From the NCBI RefSeq assembly GCF_016432865.1, contig NC_067399.1, forward strand, positions 251,534,001 through 251,598,000: a DNA stretch of 64,000 nt. Reading direction: 5' to 3'. The translations under genes and the position numbers were made by a program. Numbering within the stretch: position 1 is the first letter of the stretch; every line of letters starts with the position of its first letter. Below, in pieces: positions 24,166 to 36,633 of this stretch. Below the pieces are notes generated by a model, which worked only from the letters and a program-made list of their open reading frames with translations, searched no databases and was not told the DNA's origin. Source of the DNA: Antechinus flavipes (taxonomy: Eukaryota).

Positions 24166-24390
24166 TATCTGGTAACCCGGTGAGTAGATTATTGGGTCTG
24201 GAGTCTGGAAGACATAAGCTGAAATCCACATTACTAGCTGTGAGGTCTTGGGCAAGTCAGACTCCAGTTGCCTGACAAATGGATCCACTGGAGAAGGAAA
24301 TGGCAAAGCATTCCATTATCTTTGCCAAAAAAAAAAAAAAATAGGGCCACAAAGACACAACTAAAACTACTGAGAGTCCATGTATAGTCA
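24166..24390 (+). mobile_element. MAR1-type CORE-SINE inserted in the HAL1-like 3'UTR
   Basis: GGAGAAGGAAATGGCAAAGCATTCCATTATCTTTGCC tail; L1 3'UTR continues on both sides. Confidence 0.75.
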
Positions 24391-25513
24391 TACAAAATAT
24401 ATTTCCTGCTGTGAAAGAAAACAGACAAAAATAAAGTTTGCCTCAATCTGCATTTAGATTCTTTCAGTTCTTTCTCTGGGTATAGATAGCATTTTTCATC
24501 ATAAGTCCTTCAGAATTGTCTGGGATTACTATATTGCTGAGAATAGTAAGTCATTCACAGCTTATCATCTTTCAGTATTGCTGTTATTATGAATACTGTT
24601 CTCTTGGTTTTATTTTGTATCACTTTTTTACATGTATTCCTATAGATAGCATTGATTTCTTCATACCCTTTGACCATTTATTAATTGGGAAATGACTTGT
24701 ATTCTTATCAATTAGGCTTAGTTCTCTATATGTTTGAGAAATGAAGCTTTTATTAGATAAACTTGCTGTAAAATTTTTTCCACAGTTATAATTATTTTGT
24801 ATTTCTTTCCATCTTATTTTCCCCCATCTATCCTTCTCTTTCTCTTCTTGCACCCTGCCCCTCCTAGCCAGTGTTTTGTTTCTAGCCATTACTTCTTTCT
24901 ATACACTCTCAATCCAATGTTCTCCATTCTCTTCTCCCTTTTCCCATGTATTTCTCTGTAACATAAATTTCTATACCCACTTGAGTATGTAAGTTATTCT
25001 TTCTTTGAGCCTGCCAATGAGATTAAGGTTCGAGCATTGTCTCCCACCATCATCCACTTTTCCCCTCCTTTGTAAAAGTCTTTTTATGCCTCTTTTACAT
25101 GAGACAGTTTATCCTATTCTATCTCTCCTTTCCCCTTTTCCTTAGTGCATCCCTCTTTCTCAGCCTTTAATTTTATTTTTTTAGATATGATTCCATTATA
25201 GTTGACACATACCCATGTCATCTATCTATGTATACTGCTCCTAATTGTCCTGATAATGATAAAAGTTCTTAGAAGTTACAAGTATCATCTTTCCATATAG
25301 CACAGTTTAACCTTATTGAACCATTATTATTTCTCTTTCCTATTTACCTATTTATGCTTTTCTTCAATCCTATATTTGAAAATCAGTTTTTCTATTCAGC
25401 TCTGGTCTTTTCATCAGAAATACTTGAAAGTTCTCTATTTCACTAAATGCCCATACACATACATACATACATGCATACACACACAATACTCAGTTTTGTG
25501 GGTGAGTGATTCT

Positions 25514-25674
25514 TAGTCTTCTTAAACTTTTTTCACTGTCAACCCCTTTTCACCTGAGAAATTTTACATGACCCCAGGCATATAGATATATAAATCAAAT
25601 ATTTACTAATAATAAACTATAATTTCACAATCCCCACATTCAATTATGGTCACAAACTAGAATTTAAGAGGCTG
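25514..25674. mobile_element. Short non-autonomous hAT/Charlie-like DNA transposon inside the HAL1-like element
   Basis: Degenerate TIRs (AGTCTTCTTAAAC / TTTAAGAGGCTG) interrupting ORF1 remnant; TSD not recoverable. Confidence 0.55.
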
Positions 25675-27689
25675 GCCCCTAGGATATCATATTCTAAGCC
25701 CTCTGATCATTTAATACAGAAGCTACTAAATCTTATGTTATCCTGATTGTGGCTTCACATATTTGAATTGTTTTTATTTGGAGGCGAGGTTTCTGAATGT
25801 TTAAAGTATTTTCTCATGGTGGGGAGCCATGAAATTTGATACTAATATTTCTGTTAGTTTTCATTTCAAGATCTTTTTCAGAAAGTGATTGCTAGATTCT
25901 TTCAGTTTGTATTTTACCTTCCTAGTGCACTTGTGTCCTTCCTTTTTACCCTGTGACCAAGCATGAGCAATGTAACAAAGTCCTGTACCTAGTGCCAGCA
26001 AAGGGTTTCTTGTAATCTCTTTCAGACCAGTTGTCTGATCCCCTTACTATCTGTGGGCTGAGAGCTCCAAAAGCTCACCCTGCCAATTCATATGCCCCCC
26101 AAGACCTGGTGCTGGGTTGCTGGCATATGGCCTGCACTAACCTGGATTGTGTTCCTTTCTCGCCCCAGGGAGACAGATTTTTGCTGCTGACCTTTTAAGT
26201 CTTGGGCTGGAAAATTATTTCACCCCATCCGCTTGTTGATTTTGCCATTCAGAATCTGTTTTGAGATATTATTTTAAATTTATTTGAAGAGGAATTTGGG
26301 GGACCTCAGGCAAGTCCCTGACTTTATTGTGCCATCTTGGCACTTTATTGTGCCAAGTAAACAGTTTTTTTTAATTGCATACATTTTCATATGGAGAGAG
26401 ACAGATTATAGCACTGAATTTTTCCTGCCCTCTCAGATTTCCCTATAGTCCCTCTATCTTTTCTACTGCAATTTAATGAGCAGTCACTGATAAGTCAGTC
26501 CAAGTCAAGGCACTAACATACCCAGAGTCCACTAACAGACAGGAAAGCAATGGACTCTGTCAATTTTCATTTTTATTGACAGCCTTGGAATCAAACTTCA
26601 GGGCAGCTGAGCTATTTGTGAAACATACCAGGTTTCTACAGAGAAATTTAAGGAATAAAATGAAGTTTTAAAATCCTAAAAGCCTTCCTGGAGGCTGAGG
26701 GCTAAGATACCTCTATTGTGTCACTACCTGAATTATATTTCACATTTTTCAACTCTGGGCCAAGTTTCTTGGAATATCTTGGGGCAATGTAAAGAAACTC
26801 AGTATTTTAAGGAACAACACATGCCAGTGGCCTGTACAGGTTACCCCTGTAGGCAATAATGTACCTCAATCAAATGAGCCCTGCATGCCAGGCATCTAAG
26901 CCGCCTTTGACATTTGCAAAGAATCTGTGAATTCCTCCAATGACAAAAAGCATGGAAATTAAATGCTGACTGATTAAGGTTCTGATCTTAGAAAATTAAA
27001 TTCTACTTTGAATTATTTAAATGGCTCATGGCTACTGCTGGATCTTCATTTTGCACACAGTCATGGAAGGGGGCCAATTTGTACAACAAAAAGTTTCCCT
27101 TGAATGTGGGAAATTTTAGGATTAAAGGGAATCAATCCAGTTTGGTTTCCTTCTTTGCATTCACAATGACTGCTCATACTTGGCTACCTTAATAGTATAC
27201 TTTATTTTTTTTAACCTAACTGCTTCCATGCCCCTACTACTCTGCATACACTGGTGGCATAGGGTGAAAAGTTAGGATCCTGTGACCTTGATACTAGTCA
27301 TAATCTCTGCCCTGTAGCCTCTCAAAGGCATCTTACTGACAAGTATCACCTAATAGGAGAAACGGCTTAACCTTGGATACAAACTACAATTACAATACTT
27401 TGATGCTCTGATGGAGCCATGATCTCATCAATTTCATCGTTTCCTCAAAACAGATAGGCTATAAATTATATAAATTACCCAATCTTTGTAACTCTTGTTA
27501 TTTTCTCACCCTCATCCCAGTAGGTTTGCCATAGCAGGAGTGAGGGAGGCATTTCTGCCCATTCTACTATAACATCCTACTTCCTTAATTTCTCTTAACA
27601 TCACAAAGATATCAAAGAACAGTTAGTTGATCACTGATAATCCCTTGCTTTTAGTACGTGACTAGACCATCTGTTTCTTGCATACATTT

Positions 27690-28860
27690 CCTTGGTGACA
27701 CCCTTTCAACAATTTCTTGTTCTCCTCCTGTCTAACCATATCTTCTCTCTATCTATATTGCTGAATCATTAAACATATCACCTCCCCTAACTGAAGATAT
27801 GCCCCAAAACTCTGTCCTAAATTCCCTGTTCTTTTCTTTCAATAACTCTCTCATTTGAGGGTTTTATCTGATCCCATAAATTTCATGATCATCTTTACAT
27901 GGATTCTCTCTCAAGCTCCAGTCATGCCTATATAGCCAACTGCCTAATGGACATTTCAAAATAAATATCCTGGAAGCATCTCCAATTCCATAATTTATCC
28001 TCCCCAAACCTACCTTCTCCAGCATATCCCTATTTTTATTGAAATCACTACTTTTCTTCCAGTCAACCATGTTTGTGGACTCACATACTAGACTCATTGT
28101 CTCACCTTTTACATCCAATCTCACTCACCCAATATAAATAATCAGTTACCAAATCTTGTCACTTTTATTTCAGCATTTACCACTTTTATCACTTTTTTTT
28201 TCATCCTTATATCACCACTTTAGTTCAGGCTCTCTATAGCTCTTGACTAAATGATTATAATAATCTCATCACTGACACATCCTCCCAAGTCAATCCATTC
28301 TTCGCATTGCTACCTGAATGATTTTCCTAAAGAACAGAACTCACCATGTTCCTACCTTTCCCAATAAAATTCTATGGTTCCCTTCTTTGATTAAATAGAA
28401 ACTCATCTATTTGGTATTTAAATCTTATTGTCACCTGGCTTCATCTTATCTTTCTAAGCCTTATGACATATTCTACACATAACTTCTCTAAGAATGATAA
28501 TGTTTTTCATCCAAGACATTCCATTTCTCCATATTTCTGCATTGTTTGGGTTCCATTCCTTCCCAGCTTTCATTTTAGTCATCTTCAAAACTCAACTCAA
28601 GCACTACCTTCTACATGAAATGTTACTTAATTTCCCACCACTAGGTGCTACTCCTCTCCCCCAATTACTTTGCATGTATTTTAAATATATATGTAAATAT
28701 ATGTGCACACATATAAACATGCATGTTATATTATATATGCATAATACATATGTGTATACATACACACACATATATATGGGTTCTTTGAGGGTACAGGATG
28801 TCTTTGTATCACTAACACCTAGTATAGTATATTACTCCATACTTGTTTATTGATTGAATA
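27690..28860 (+). mobile_element. L2 LINE fragment (RT region to 3' end)
   Basis: Decayed HLYxD RT motif region, AACTGCCTAATGGACATTTC, CAGTTACCAAATCTTGTC and L2 3' end. Confidence 0.82.
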
Positions 28861-29149
28861 TCAACATCAGTAAAATTCACTTGCAGACTCATCTAAGAGA
28901 ATAAAACTGTTTTAAATTATACCTGTTTATTCATTAAATATTAAATTTTCTTTTTTCCTATTTTTTATTTTTCCATAGTTTAGCTTTTGTTGCTGCTGTC
29001 ATTGTATTCTTTCTCCCAAAAAAATTTTGTAAAGTACTAAAAGCATATTGATAAATATTTGACAACTAGATCTCCAGGGGAAAACAAAATATGACAACAC
29101 ACTCTAATTTTAATTTCTATTATTAACACTTTCTTTATCCCTTTCTCAA

Positions 29150-29620
29150 TCTAGATAATCAACAAAACAATGAATCAAATGCCATTGGTAGCCTTTTCTG
29201 ATTTCCAAAGTATGTATGCTCAATCTGAAAATTTGTCAGTCATCCAATATGATCGGGCTTCAACACACTCCTAAGTGTTACCTTCTCATGCTTCCCAGAA
29301 ACCTTTCCTTTGCCTTTGTAATGATCCTTGAATATAGTTCTTCAGAATTGTCGAGCTCCATAATTCACAGTCATACAATGCATTAGAATAATAATAGTAT
29401 AAAAAAGATGGAACTTTGTTTTAGGAGAAACCTTAGGATCATTCAAAGAATTTTTCACTTGCCCCCAAATAATCCAGGTTTCTCTCCTTTTCAGTTTTAG
29501 GGCATACCTCATTTTCAATTTGCATTTTCTTTCTAAAATATATAAATTCTGATGAATGATCTCTATATATATTGTCCTCCTTTGTTTTTAACTGTCATTT
29601 CCAGATCCTCTATGAACACC
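29150..29620 (-). mobile_element. Decayed RTE-clade LINE, post-RT region
   Basis: Manual translation LKRRETWIIWGQVKNSLNDPKVSPKTKFHLFYT resembles RTE RRxxAWxxFGKL..KxxLFN. Confidence 0.55.
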
Positions 29621-30819
29621 TCTAAAACTGGGATGTTTAAACCAAAATCTGGTAGTTCCACTATCCTTGGTGTTGAAAAGAATTTTATAGTGCTATGGGA
29701 AAACTACACTCCCTCCCAAATTTCTACCATCTTTTGATTATGTTTATTATTAGAAAAAAAAGAGTCTCCTGGTACAAACAAATAAGAGAAGTTCTGACTG
29801 ATGGCTAAAGCCCCAGGAAGCTATATACTTCTAAGGATTCATAGACCAAATATGACTATTTAAATATTTCATCAAACTTTCTTTAAACTGATATTTCATT
29901 TTACTGCTTTTCACTTATTTGTGGGATGATGGGAATAGGGGAAAGGATTAGGATTATTATGTTATTGGTACAAGGAGTTTCAAGGTGAAGACATTCACTC
30001 TACCACAGCAAGATGAGTCTTTTCCTGCAACTTATGGTCTTAGAGAATGAGCTTGATCACTGAAAACATTAAATGACTTGCCTAAGTTCTCAAAAACTTT
30101 ATGTTTAACAGGCAAATCTTGAGCCCAGGTTCTTCTGTTGTTTAGGCTGACTCTCTATTTTATGAAGTGATACTGCTTATAATTTTCATTGTTAGTCTCA
30201 ATAAAATCTTAGAAATGAATAAAGGAAAATAATATTTGCTTTGGTTGCCATAACACTCTCTCTCCACTTGGCAGGTAGAAATTGGGGTAAGGGAATGGGC
30301 TCATGGCACTAATTTACAGTGACTAAATTTCTAAATAAACTTATCATCAGGATCAATGTCTTAACCATCCATTTCCCAGTTTTGCATCAATAACTTGCTT
30401 AAATGCATCCAGTTAAAACTGTCAAATAAATGCTGTATTTCTCTCTTATTTATATTCTTTCTAATAGATTTTTTATTACTTTTGATCTTTGCTCCAATGA
30501 GTGGTAACAAATAAAACAAACATTTACTTAACCAGCTATTATATGCAGAGGTCATTGCTAAATACTAATGAAGATCCAAATTTTATATAAGATAGTCTAT
30601 ATCCATATTCTTTCATTAAAGTCTAGAAAAGGGACAAAATATCACCAACAATAATAATACAATGGACTATAATAACAACAGTACATAATTAGCAAAATAA
30701 GTAGTTGCAGGACAAAAATGATTGTAGAGTTCTGGAAAGTTGATACTGATGCTGACTTGGATACAAGAAAGGCTGAATTTGGGGGAAGGAATTTGTTTTA
30801 CCCCAGTGATAAGTACTAA

Positions 30820-31090
30820 GTATGTCAGTCAATAAAAAATTATAAAGCACCTATTATATGGAGGAACTGTGCAAAATTCTGGGTATTGAAGGGAGAAAAG
30901 GCCAAAAGATAGTCTTTACCCTCACAAACTGTTCACAGTCTATTAGGGAGAGACAATATACTAAAAACTATGGACAAACAGGGAAGGACAAATTGGAAAC
31001 AGTCAACATGACAAAGGCATTGGAATTAAGAGGGGTTGGGAAAAGCTTCTTGTAGGATGTTGGATTTTAGTTGGGAAGTGAAGGAGGCTA
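30820..31090 (-). mobile_element. L2 3' fragment
   Basis: AAGCACCTATTAT...AAGGCATTGGAATTAAGAGGGGTTGGGAAAAGCTTC. Confidence 0.75.
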
Positions 31091-31549
31091 GAAGACCCTA
31101 TTAACATCTTTTGGTAAATATAAATTCCCTACTCCAACCATTTGTATAGCCCCAGACAGAAAGGATAGTTACAATTCCTGTCTGTCATTCTTTACAGATA
31201 CTTAAATACAAAATTTCTGAGAGTGCAACAAAATTGACCAACCTCTTTACATAAATATTAAATGCATTAAAAGAGAAACAAAAGAGCTACACTTCTCCAG
31301 AAATCATTTGCTCATCTATATCATGAAGAAACCACTCTTGTTACACTCTCTCCTATCATCCAAAACATATAGTCCCGAGGAAAAATGATAGCTAGGCTAG
31401 TTATAACTAGGTCCCTACAGGCAAATCCCCTACTGCATATCCACTAGTGTCTCTCACCTCTGGGTTACCCCTATCTAATGTATTCCCCCTTCAACTGGGT
31501 CAACCCATTCTTGGTGTCACCCCCTCGAGAGTACAGATTTTGCTTTGGT

Positions 31550-32270
31550 ATCCCAAAACCACAAATCTGAGGCTGTATTTTTTTTAGATTGATAAAAGAG
31601 GTTTATTATTAGATAAGCAAAGTTAAAGTATAGGCGAAGGTAGAGATAAGGAGGGCACTGGACAGAGGGTCCAGTGGACAGAGGGTCCTCACATGGTAGC
31701 CATGTTTGGAATCTCTGCCATCTGAGGCTGTATTAATAGGAATCTAGTATTCAAAATGAGAGATATGATAATTCCATTGTACTTTACTGGTCAGAACACA
31801 CCTGGAGTTTTGTGTTCAAGAGAATAATGACTGAGACATCTCAAAACTACGTCTCATGTTTAGATGAACAGTTAAATGAGGGTAAGAAAAAAATTTTAAT
31901 TTTAAAAAAGAAAGAAATAAAGGTGAAGAAGAGAAGACCTAAGTCATGAGAGCCTTCTTAGAATATATGAAAGGTTATCAAATAGAAGAGAGAGTTGACT
32001 TACTCTGTACTCCTCCAAAGGGAGCAAATTTTGGCTACTGCCTACTGGTTTCAGTTAGTATGAAAGAGAATATTTTCATAATCAGATCTGTGCAATAATG
32101 GAACAGACTTCTCTATAAAATATTGAGTTTCCTGTCACTGAAAGAGTTCAGTCAGAGACTGGATGAAAATTTTTCACTTGCTTCAGAAGATATTCAGAGA
32201 CTAGATGACTTCCTCCTCAGAGATGTTGCAAAAGAGACTCTTCTTACGGTGGGAAATTGACTTGGATCAA
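31550..32270 (+). mobile_element. L3/CR1 LINE fragment (interrupted by the LTR-like retrocopy)
   Basis: GGCTGTATTAATAGG..CCATTGTACT..GGTCAGAACACACCTGGAGTTTTGTGTTCA resembles CR1 GCINR..PLY..VRPHLEYCVQ; CR1 3' end near 32270. Confidence 0.72.
31580..31719 (-). mobile_element. Polyadenylated LTR (U3-R)-like fragment inserted by L1-type TPRT
   Basis: 15-bp TSD ATCTGAGGCTGTATT (31565-31579, 31720-31734), T8 tail, AATAAA at 31602-31607; insert ends ...AATAATAAACCTCTTTTATCAATCT-(A)n, which I recall as a marsupial ERV LTR R region; interrupts an L3. Confidence 0.72.
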
Positions 32271-32759
32271 CTATAGGATCCCTTCTTATCTTAAGAGTCT
32301 AATGATTCTAAGTTGTGCTGTAGGGAGACTTCTGGAGAAGATGTGATTAAGCACTTATTATTCCTTGTGTGTCTTCAGGGAGAGTGGGAAAATTGGTATT
32401 TTCTGATAGTAGGCTTCTTTTAAAAACCCAGATGGAGACAGATTTTGGGGATAACTTTTGTTAATTTTGATTCATTTTGGAAATGCCCAGACCTTTCTCC
32501 CCTCAATGAACTGTTGTCTAGCTATTTTTCACAAGTGACATTATTTTTTTAATCTAAGTATAAGACTTTTTGCTTAATCCCATTTAGTTTCATTTTATTA
32601 GATTTGGCCTATAATTCAATCCAGCTAATTTGGGAAGGATTGCCTGAAGACAAATATCATAATTCTTCAAAGTCTTTTCCTTCTCTAAGCTCTAGTTTTT
32701 TTTTTTCAATTGATCCATGGATAGCCTAGTTTCCATTTTCCCTCCTCATCTTGTTCAAC

Positions 32760-33390
32760 TTTCTATTTTTTTTCCTTTTTAAACTTTTTTAGGTTATACC
32801 TGTACATTCGTTTTTGAATATATTTCCATATGAGTCATGCTAAAAGAAAATAATCAGAACAAAGGGTGAAAATCATGAAAAAGAAAAAACAGAAGAAAAA
32901 AGTGATAACAATATTCTTTAATCTATATTCAATATCCATAGTTCTTTCTCTGGATACATATAGCATTTTCCATCCAAAGTTTATTGGAATTGCCTTGGAT
33001 CACTGAATTGCTGAGAAGAATTAAGCCCATCACAGTTGATCATCACATAATTTTGCTGTTTTTGTATATTGTATACAATGTTCTTCTGGTTCTGCTCCGT
33101 TCATGTTATTCTTTCTAGGCTTTTCTGAAATCAGTTTGTTCATCATTTCTTATATACTATTACTTTCATATACCACAACTTATTCAGCCATTCCCTAAAT
33201 GATTCCACTCATTTTCCAATTCTTTGCCACCACAAAGAACTGCTATAAACATTTTTGCACATGTGGGTCCTTTTCCCTCTTTTATGATCTCTATGGGATA
33301 CAGTATCAGTAGTGAGACTGCTGGATCACAGGGTATGCACAGTTTTATAGGATAGTTTGTGTATAGTTCCAAATTACTCTCCAGAATGTC
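32760..33390 (-). mobile_element. Old 5'-truncated L1 (ORF2 C-terminus and 3'UTR)
   Basis: Track ORF 33184-33372 CIPCDPAVSLLILYPIEIIKEGKGPTCAKMFIA aligns to the ORF2 C-terminus of the young L1. Confidence 0.88.
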
Positions 33391-33474
33391 AACCTTCTAT
33401 TTTCAAAGAAAACCATACCTGCCATAGCAAGTAAAATCTCCTGATTTTATTTTCTATATTGATTTTAAGGACAT

Positions 33475-33610
33475 CCTACCCATGGAGTGATGGTTGATAA
33501 AGCACCAGGCCTAGAGTCAGACAGAGTCATCCTCCTGAGTGCATATCTGGTCTCAGATACTGACAAGCTGTAGGGCCCTGGGCAAGTCACTTAACCCTTT
33601 TTGCCTCCAA
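33475..33610 (+). mobile_element. MAR1/CORE-SINE 5' part
   Basis: tRNA-like head and CCCTGGGCAAGTCACTTAACCC CORE. Confidence 0.7.
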
Positions 33611-33900
33611 ATAATTGAAGGATGACCATACAAAAGAAGAATTAAATTTGTTCTGCTCAGTCCTTGAGAGGACAAGGAACCAAGGACGAGAGTTTCAGGG
33701 AATCTGATTTCAACTCAATGTAAGGAAATGGAAAGAAATGCTTTGAGAGGTAGTGAGCTCTCCATCATTGAAGGTTTGCAGTTAGAGATGGGATCATCAC
33801 TTGACAAGAGTACCAGGCAACATGTTCCTATTTGGATGCAATCTGAAGTACATTTCCTTTGAGGTCTCTTCCAGTTTTCAGGTTCTGTAATTCTAAGATG
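33610..33900 (+). mobile_element. L3/CR1 3' end
   Basis: GAGGTAGTGAGCTCTCCATCATTGAAGGTTT...GAGGTCTCTTCCAGTT..TCTGTAATTCT. Confidence 0.72.
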
Positions 33901-35756
33901 GTGGGGGGAATTCTCAAAATGCTCTCTCCACCAGCTGTAGCCTCTTCTAAGCAGTTTCTTGCTCTTTCTCCCAGGAGGGGGTCCCAAGGACAGTACCAGT
34001 CAGAATCTTTCTCAGATAACCATCCGAGAAAATCAGTGTCTACTGACAAATAATGGTGTTAAGCAAACCTTTGGGGAAATTGGAGAACTTTACATTAATC
34101 TCTGTTGAGTTATTTAACTGCTTTTCACTAACCTTTCATTCTGTTGAGTTTAATTAAATCTGATGCTTTCCCCAGCCATAACCTGTTCATTAATTCTTCA
34201 GATGTTCTTTTACATTCATCACTCAAGTATTGGCATATGTAATGGGGAGATATGCATTTAGCAAAAAGCAAGGGCATAGGTAATAGAAGCCAAATGAAGC
34301 TATTTACCCCAACTGAAGTCATTCTAAATATGAAATAATGAATTGCACCAGGTTTTTCAGCAACATAATTAGTTTACTAAGAACTAACTGTCAAGTCAAT
34401 GTGCAAAGAACTCCACACTTCTTTTGGTGCACGAGAATGAAGGCACCCTGCATGCAGACACCCCGGGGTAATGATAACACAAAACAATGTAAATTTAGGT
34501 GTTTAAAGCTTTCCATAATTTGACAGCAGCTTACATTTCTAATTTCATTCCTTTGTTTTATTTATCCTCTTACACACACTCTTGTGTTCCAACCAAATTC
34601 ATCTTTCCTCTGCAACCTTCCTAAAGTCCTAGAATATATGTCTCTTTCTTGTCTCCACCTATTGAAATCTTCTCAACTCAGGTGTGACCACCTTAATGAA
34701 GCACTTCTAAATTCTTCCAGCTGAAAATACTCATTCTTGTTCTCTTTCTTGTCCCTAATGATAACAGTCCCAAGTAGCACTTTAACATTTTCAAAACACT
34801 TTGTCTCATTTGATTATGACAATAATCCTCGAAGACAAGATATTATTATTCCCATTTTATAGATGAGAAAACTGAGACTGAGAGCTATTAAGTTACTCAC
34901 CTGTGATCAAACAATCACTGAGTCCAGTTGTTTCAGTGATAGAAAAAGATACTGGAGTGATTTGCCATTTTCTTCTCACTTTTTTACAGTGAGTATTAGA
35001 TGAAGAATTTAAAGCCTTCTTCTTGATTCCAATCACAATTATGCCATGCTCTCCTTTTCCATTCTATTTTTCTTGGCATCAGGGACTATGCAATTTTTCA
35101 TTATTTTTCTTCCCAACCCTCAACACAATGTCTGGTTCATAATAAACACATTAAATATTTTTTTGAAAACGAAAGACCACCATGCTGGCTCAAATTCAAG
35201 GACCAGCATTTTCTCTGATGAAACACTGTATTCATGTTATTCTCTCTCCCATTACTGCAGTGAATCTTCATTTGCCTTTCCACCTTCTCCTGCCCTAAGA
35301 ATCCATTCTAAACCCACTTGATCTATAAAATTCCAACCTTCCTTCAGAGACCTAGAGATTGAGAGCTAGAAGGAAACTTTCTAAATTGCCTGTCCTCTGA
35401 ATTCTTGCAGTAGTGTATTAACTTGTATTTGTACAGAAGTTTAAGGTTTGCAAAGTACTTCCCTAACAATAGGCTCCTACTAACTAAATGAGAATTATTG
35501 TCACCATCATATAGAGGAGGAAAATAAGGTTCAAAAGAGAAGTTACTTGTCTGAAGACACATTGCAATTAAAAGCTGAAGTTAGTACTCAAATGTAGCTC
35601 CAAATCCAGTACTGTCTATTCAGTCTACTAGGGTATACAGTCTACTAGTGATAAAAGAGATCCCAGCATCCATTTAGGCTAGTGCCTCCAATGAGGAATT
35701 TGAAGCTTAGAGAAATCAATCAACAAGTCTTTATTAAGCACCTCCTGTGGGAATAC

Positions 35757-35997
35757 TTATGTGGTCACAGTGGTAGAGCACCCAGCCTGAAGTCAGGAAA
35801 ATCTAAGTTCAAATCTACACACTTGCCAGCCATGTTACCCTGGGCAAGTAACTTATAAATCCTGTTTGTCTCAATTCCTCATTGGTAAAATGGGGATGCA
35901 CTGGAGGAGGAAATGGCAAACCACACCGGTATCTTTGCCAAGAAAACCTCATGGGGTCATAGAGTGTCAGATACTATTGAACTACTGAACAACAAAT
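35757..35997 (+). mobile_element. MAR1-type CORE-SINE inserted into an L2
   Basis: Head, CORE and RTE tail (GGAAATGGCAAACCACACCGGTATCTTTGCCAAGAAAACC). Confidence 0.8.
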
Positions 35998-36271
35998 GGA
36001 TAAGGCATTGTATTAAACAATGACAACACAAGGACAAAAAATGAGTATGTTCCTATATATTATCTATATATAGAATATATTTCCTTTATATTCTAAAATA
36101 AGTGACTTGTCCAAAATCATACTAGTAGAGCAGAGTCAAGAATCAAATTTAGGACCTGTGATTCTCATTTCAGTGTTCTATCCACCATATCACACTGTTT
36201 CTTCCTAGATTGTATATTATACAACTACAGTGTATGTTTTCCTATATTCATCTCATACACACACTTTGGGT

Positions 36272-36286
36272 GAATAGGCAATTATT
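36272..36286 (+). repeat. L1 target-site duplication, left copy GAATAGGCAATTATT
   Basis: Identical to 42699-42713. Confidence 0.95.
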
Positions 36287-36300
36287 TTTTTTTAAATTTT

Positions 36301-36306
36301 TTTATT
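36301..36306 (-). terminator. L1 polyadenylation signal AATAAA
   Basis: TTTATT on + directly adjacent to the T-rich tail. Confidence 0.8.
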
Positions 36307-36633
36307 TAATAATTACATTATATTTACACTCATTTCTGTTCCGATTTTTTTTTCCCCTCCCTCCCTCCACCCCCTCCCCTAGATGGCAAGCAGTCCTTTA
36401 TATGTTGGATATGTTGCAGTATATCCTAGATACAATATATGTTTGCAGAACCGAACAGTTCTCTTGTTGCACAGGGAGAATTGGATTCAGAAGGTATAAA
36501 TAATCCGGGAAGAAAAACAAAAATGCAGATAGTTCACATTCGTTTCCCAGTGTTCTTTCTTTGGGTGTAGCTGCTTTTGTCCGTCATTTATCAATTGAAA
36601 CTCAGGTCTCTTTGTCAAAGAAATCCACTTCCA

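Larger units (their letters stand above)
24028..26345 (-). mobile_element. Old internally deleted L1 / HAL1-like element (5'UTR, ORF1 C-terminal part, spacer, ORF2 C-terminal scrap, 3'UTR)
   Basis: GCCATCTT YY1-like 5' end near 26330; ORF1 remnants RNISIKF and AFSEIENFQVFLMKRPELNRKTDFQI* (stop 25370-25372); about 570-bp spacer joined directly to ORF2 remnant FISQTYRELSLIDKNTSHFPINKWSK; L1 3'UTR and T-tail near 24030. Confidence 0.75.

Noticed and set aside
26523-26582. Two overlapping inverted repeats (9 bp CAGAGTCCA/TGGACTCTG; 8 bp CTGTCAAT/ATTGACAG)
   Set aside because: Stems of this length with loops under 30 nt are expected several to tens of times in 64 kb.
20525-29620. The two RTE fragments as one disrupted element
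   Set aside because: On the minus strand the endonuclease should lie at higher coordinates than the post-RT region; the order here is reversed.
31380-31560. Possible additional LTR fragment upstream of the TSD-flanked insert
   Set aside because: Ends in CA and looks LTR-like, but I cannot find a second terminus, poly(A) signal or family match.
12279-34498. Identical 12-mer ATGTAAATTTAG in two unique blocks (12279, 34487)
   Set aside because: Around a hundred shared 12-mers are expected by chance in 64 kb.
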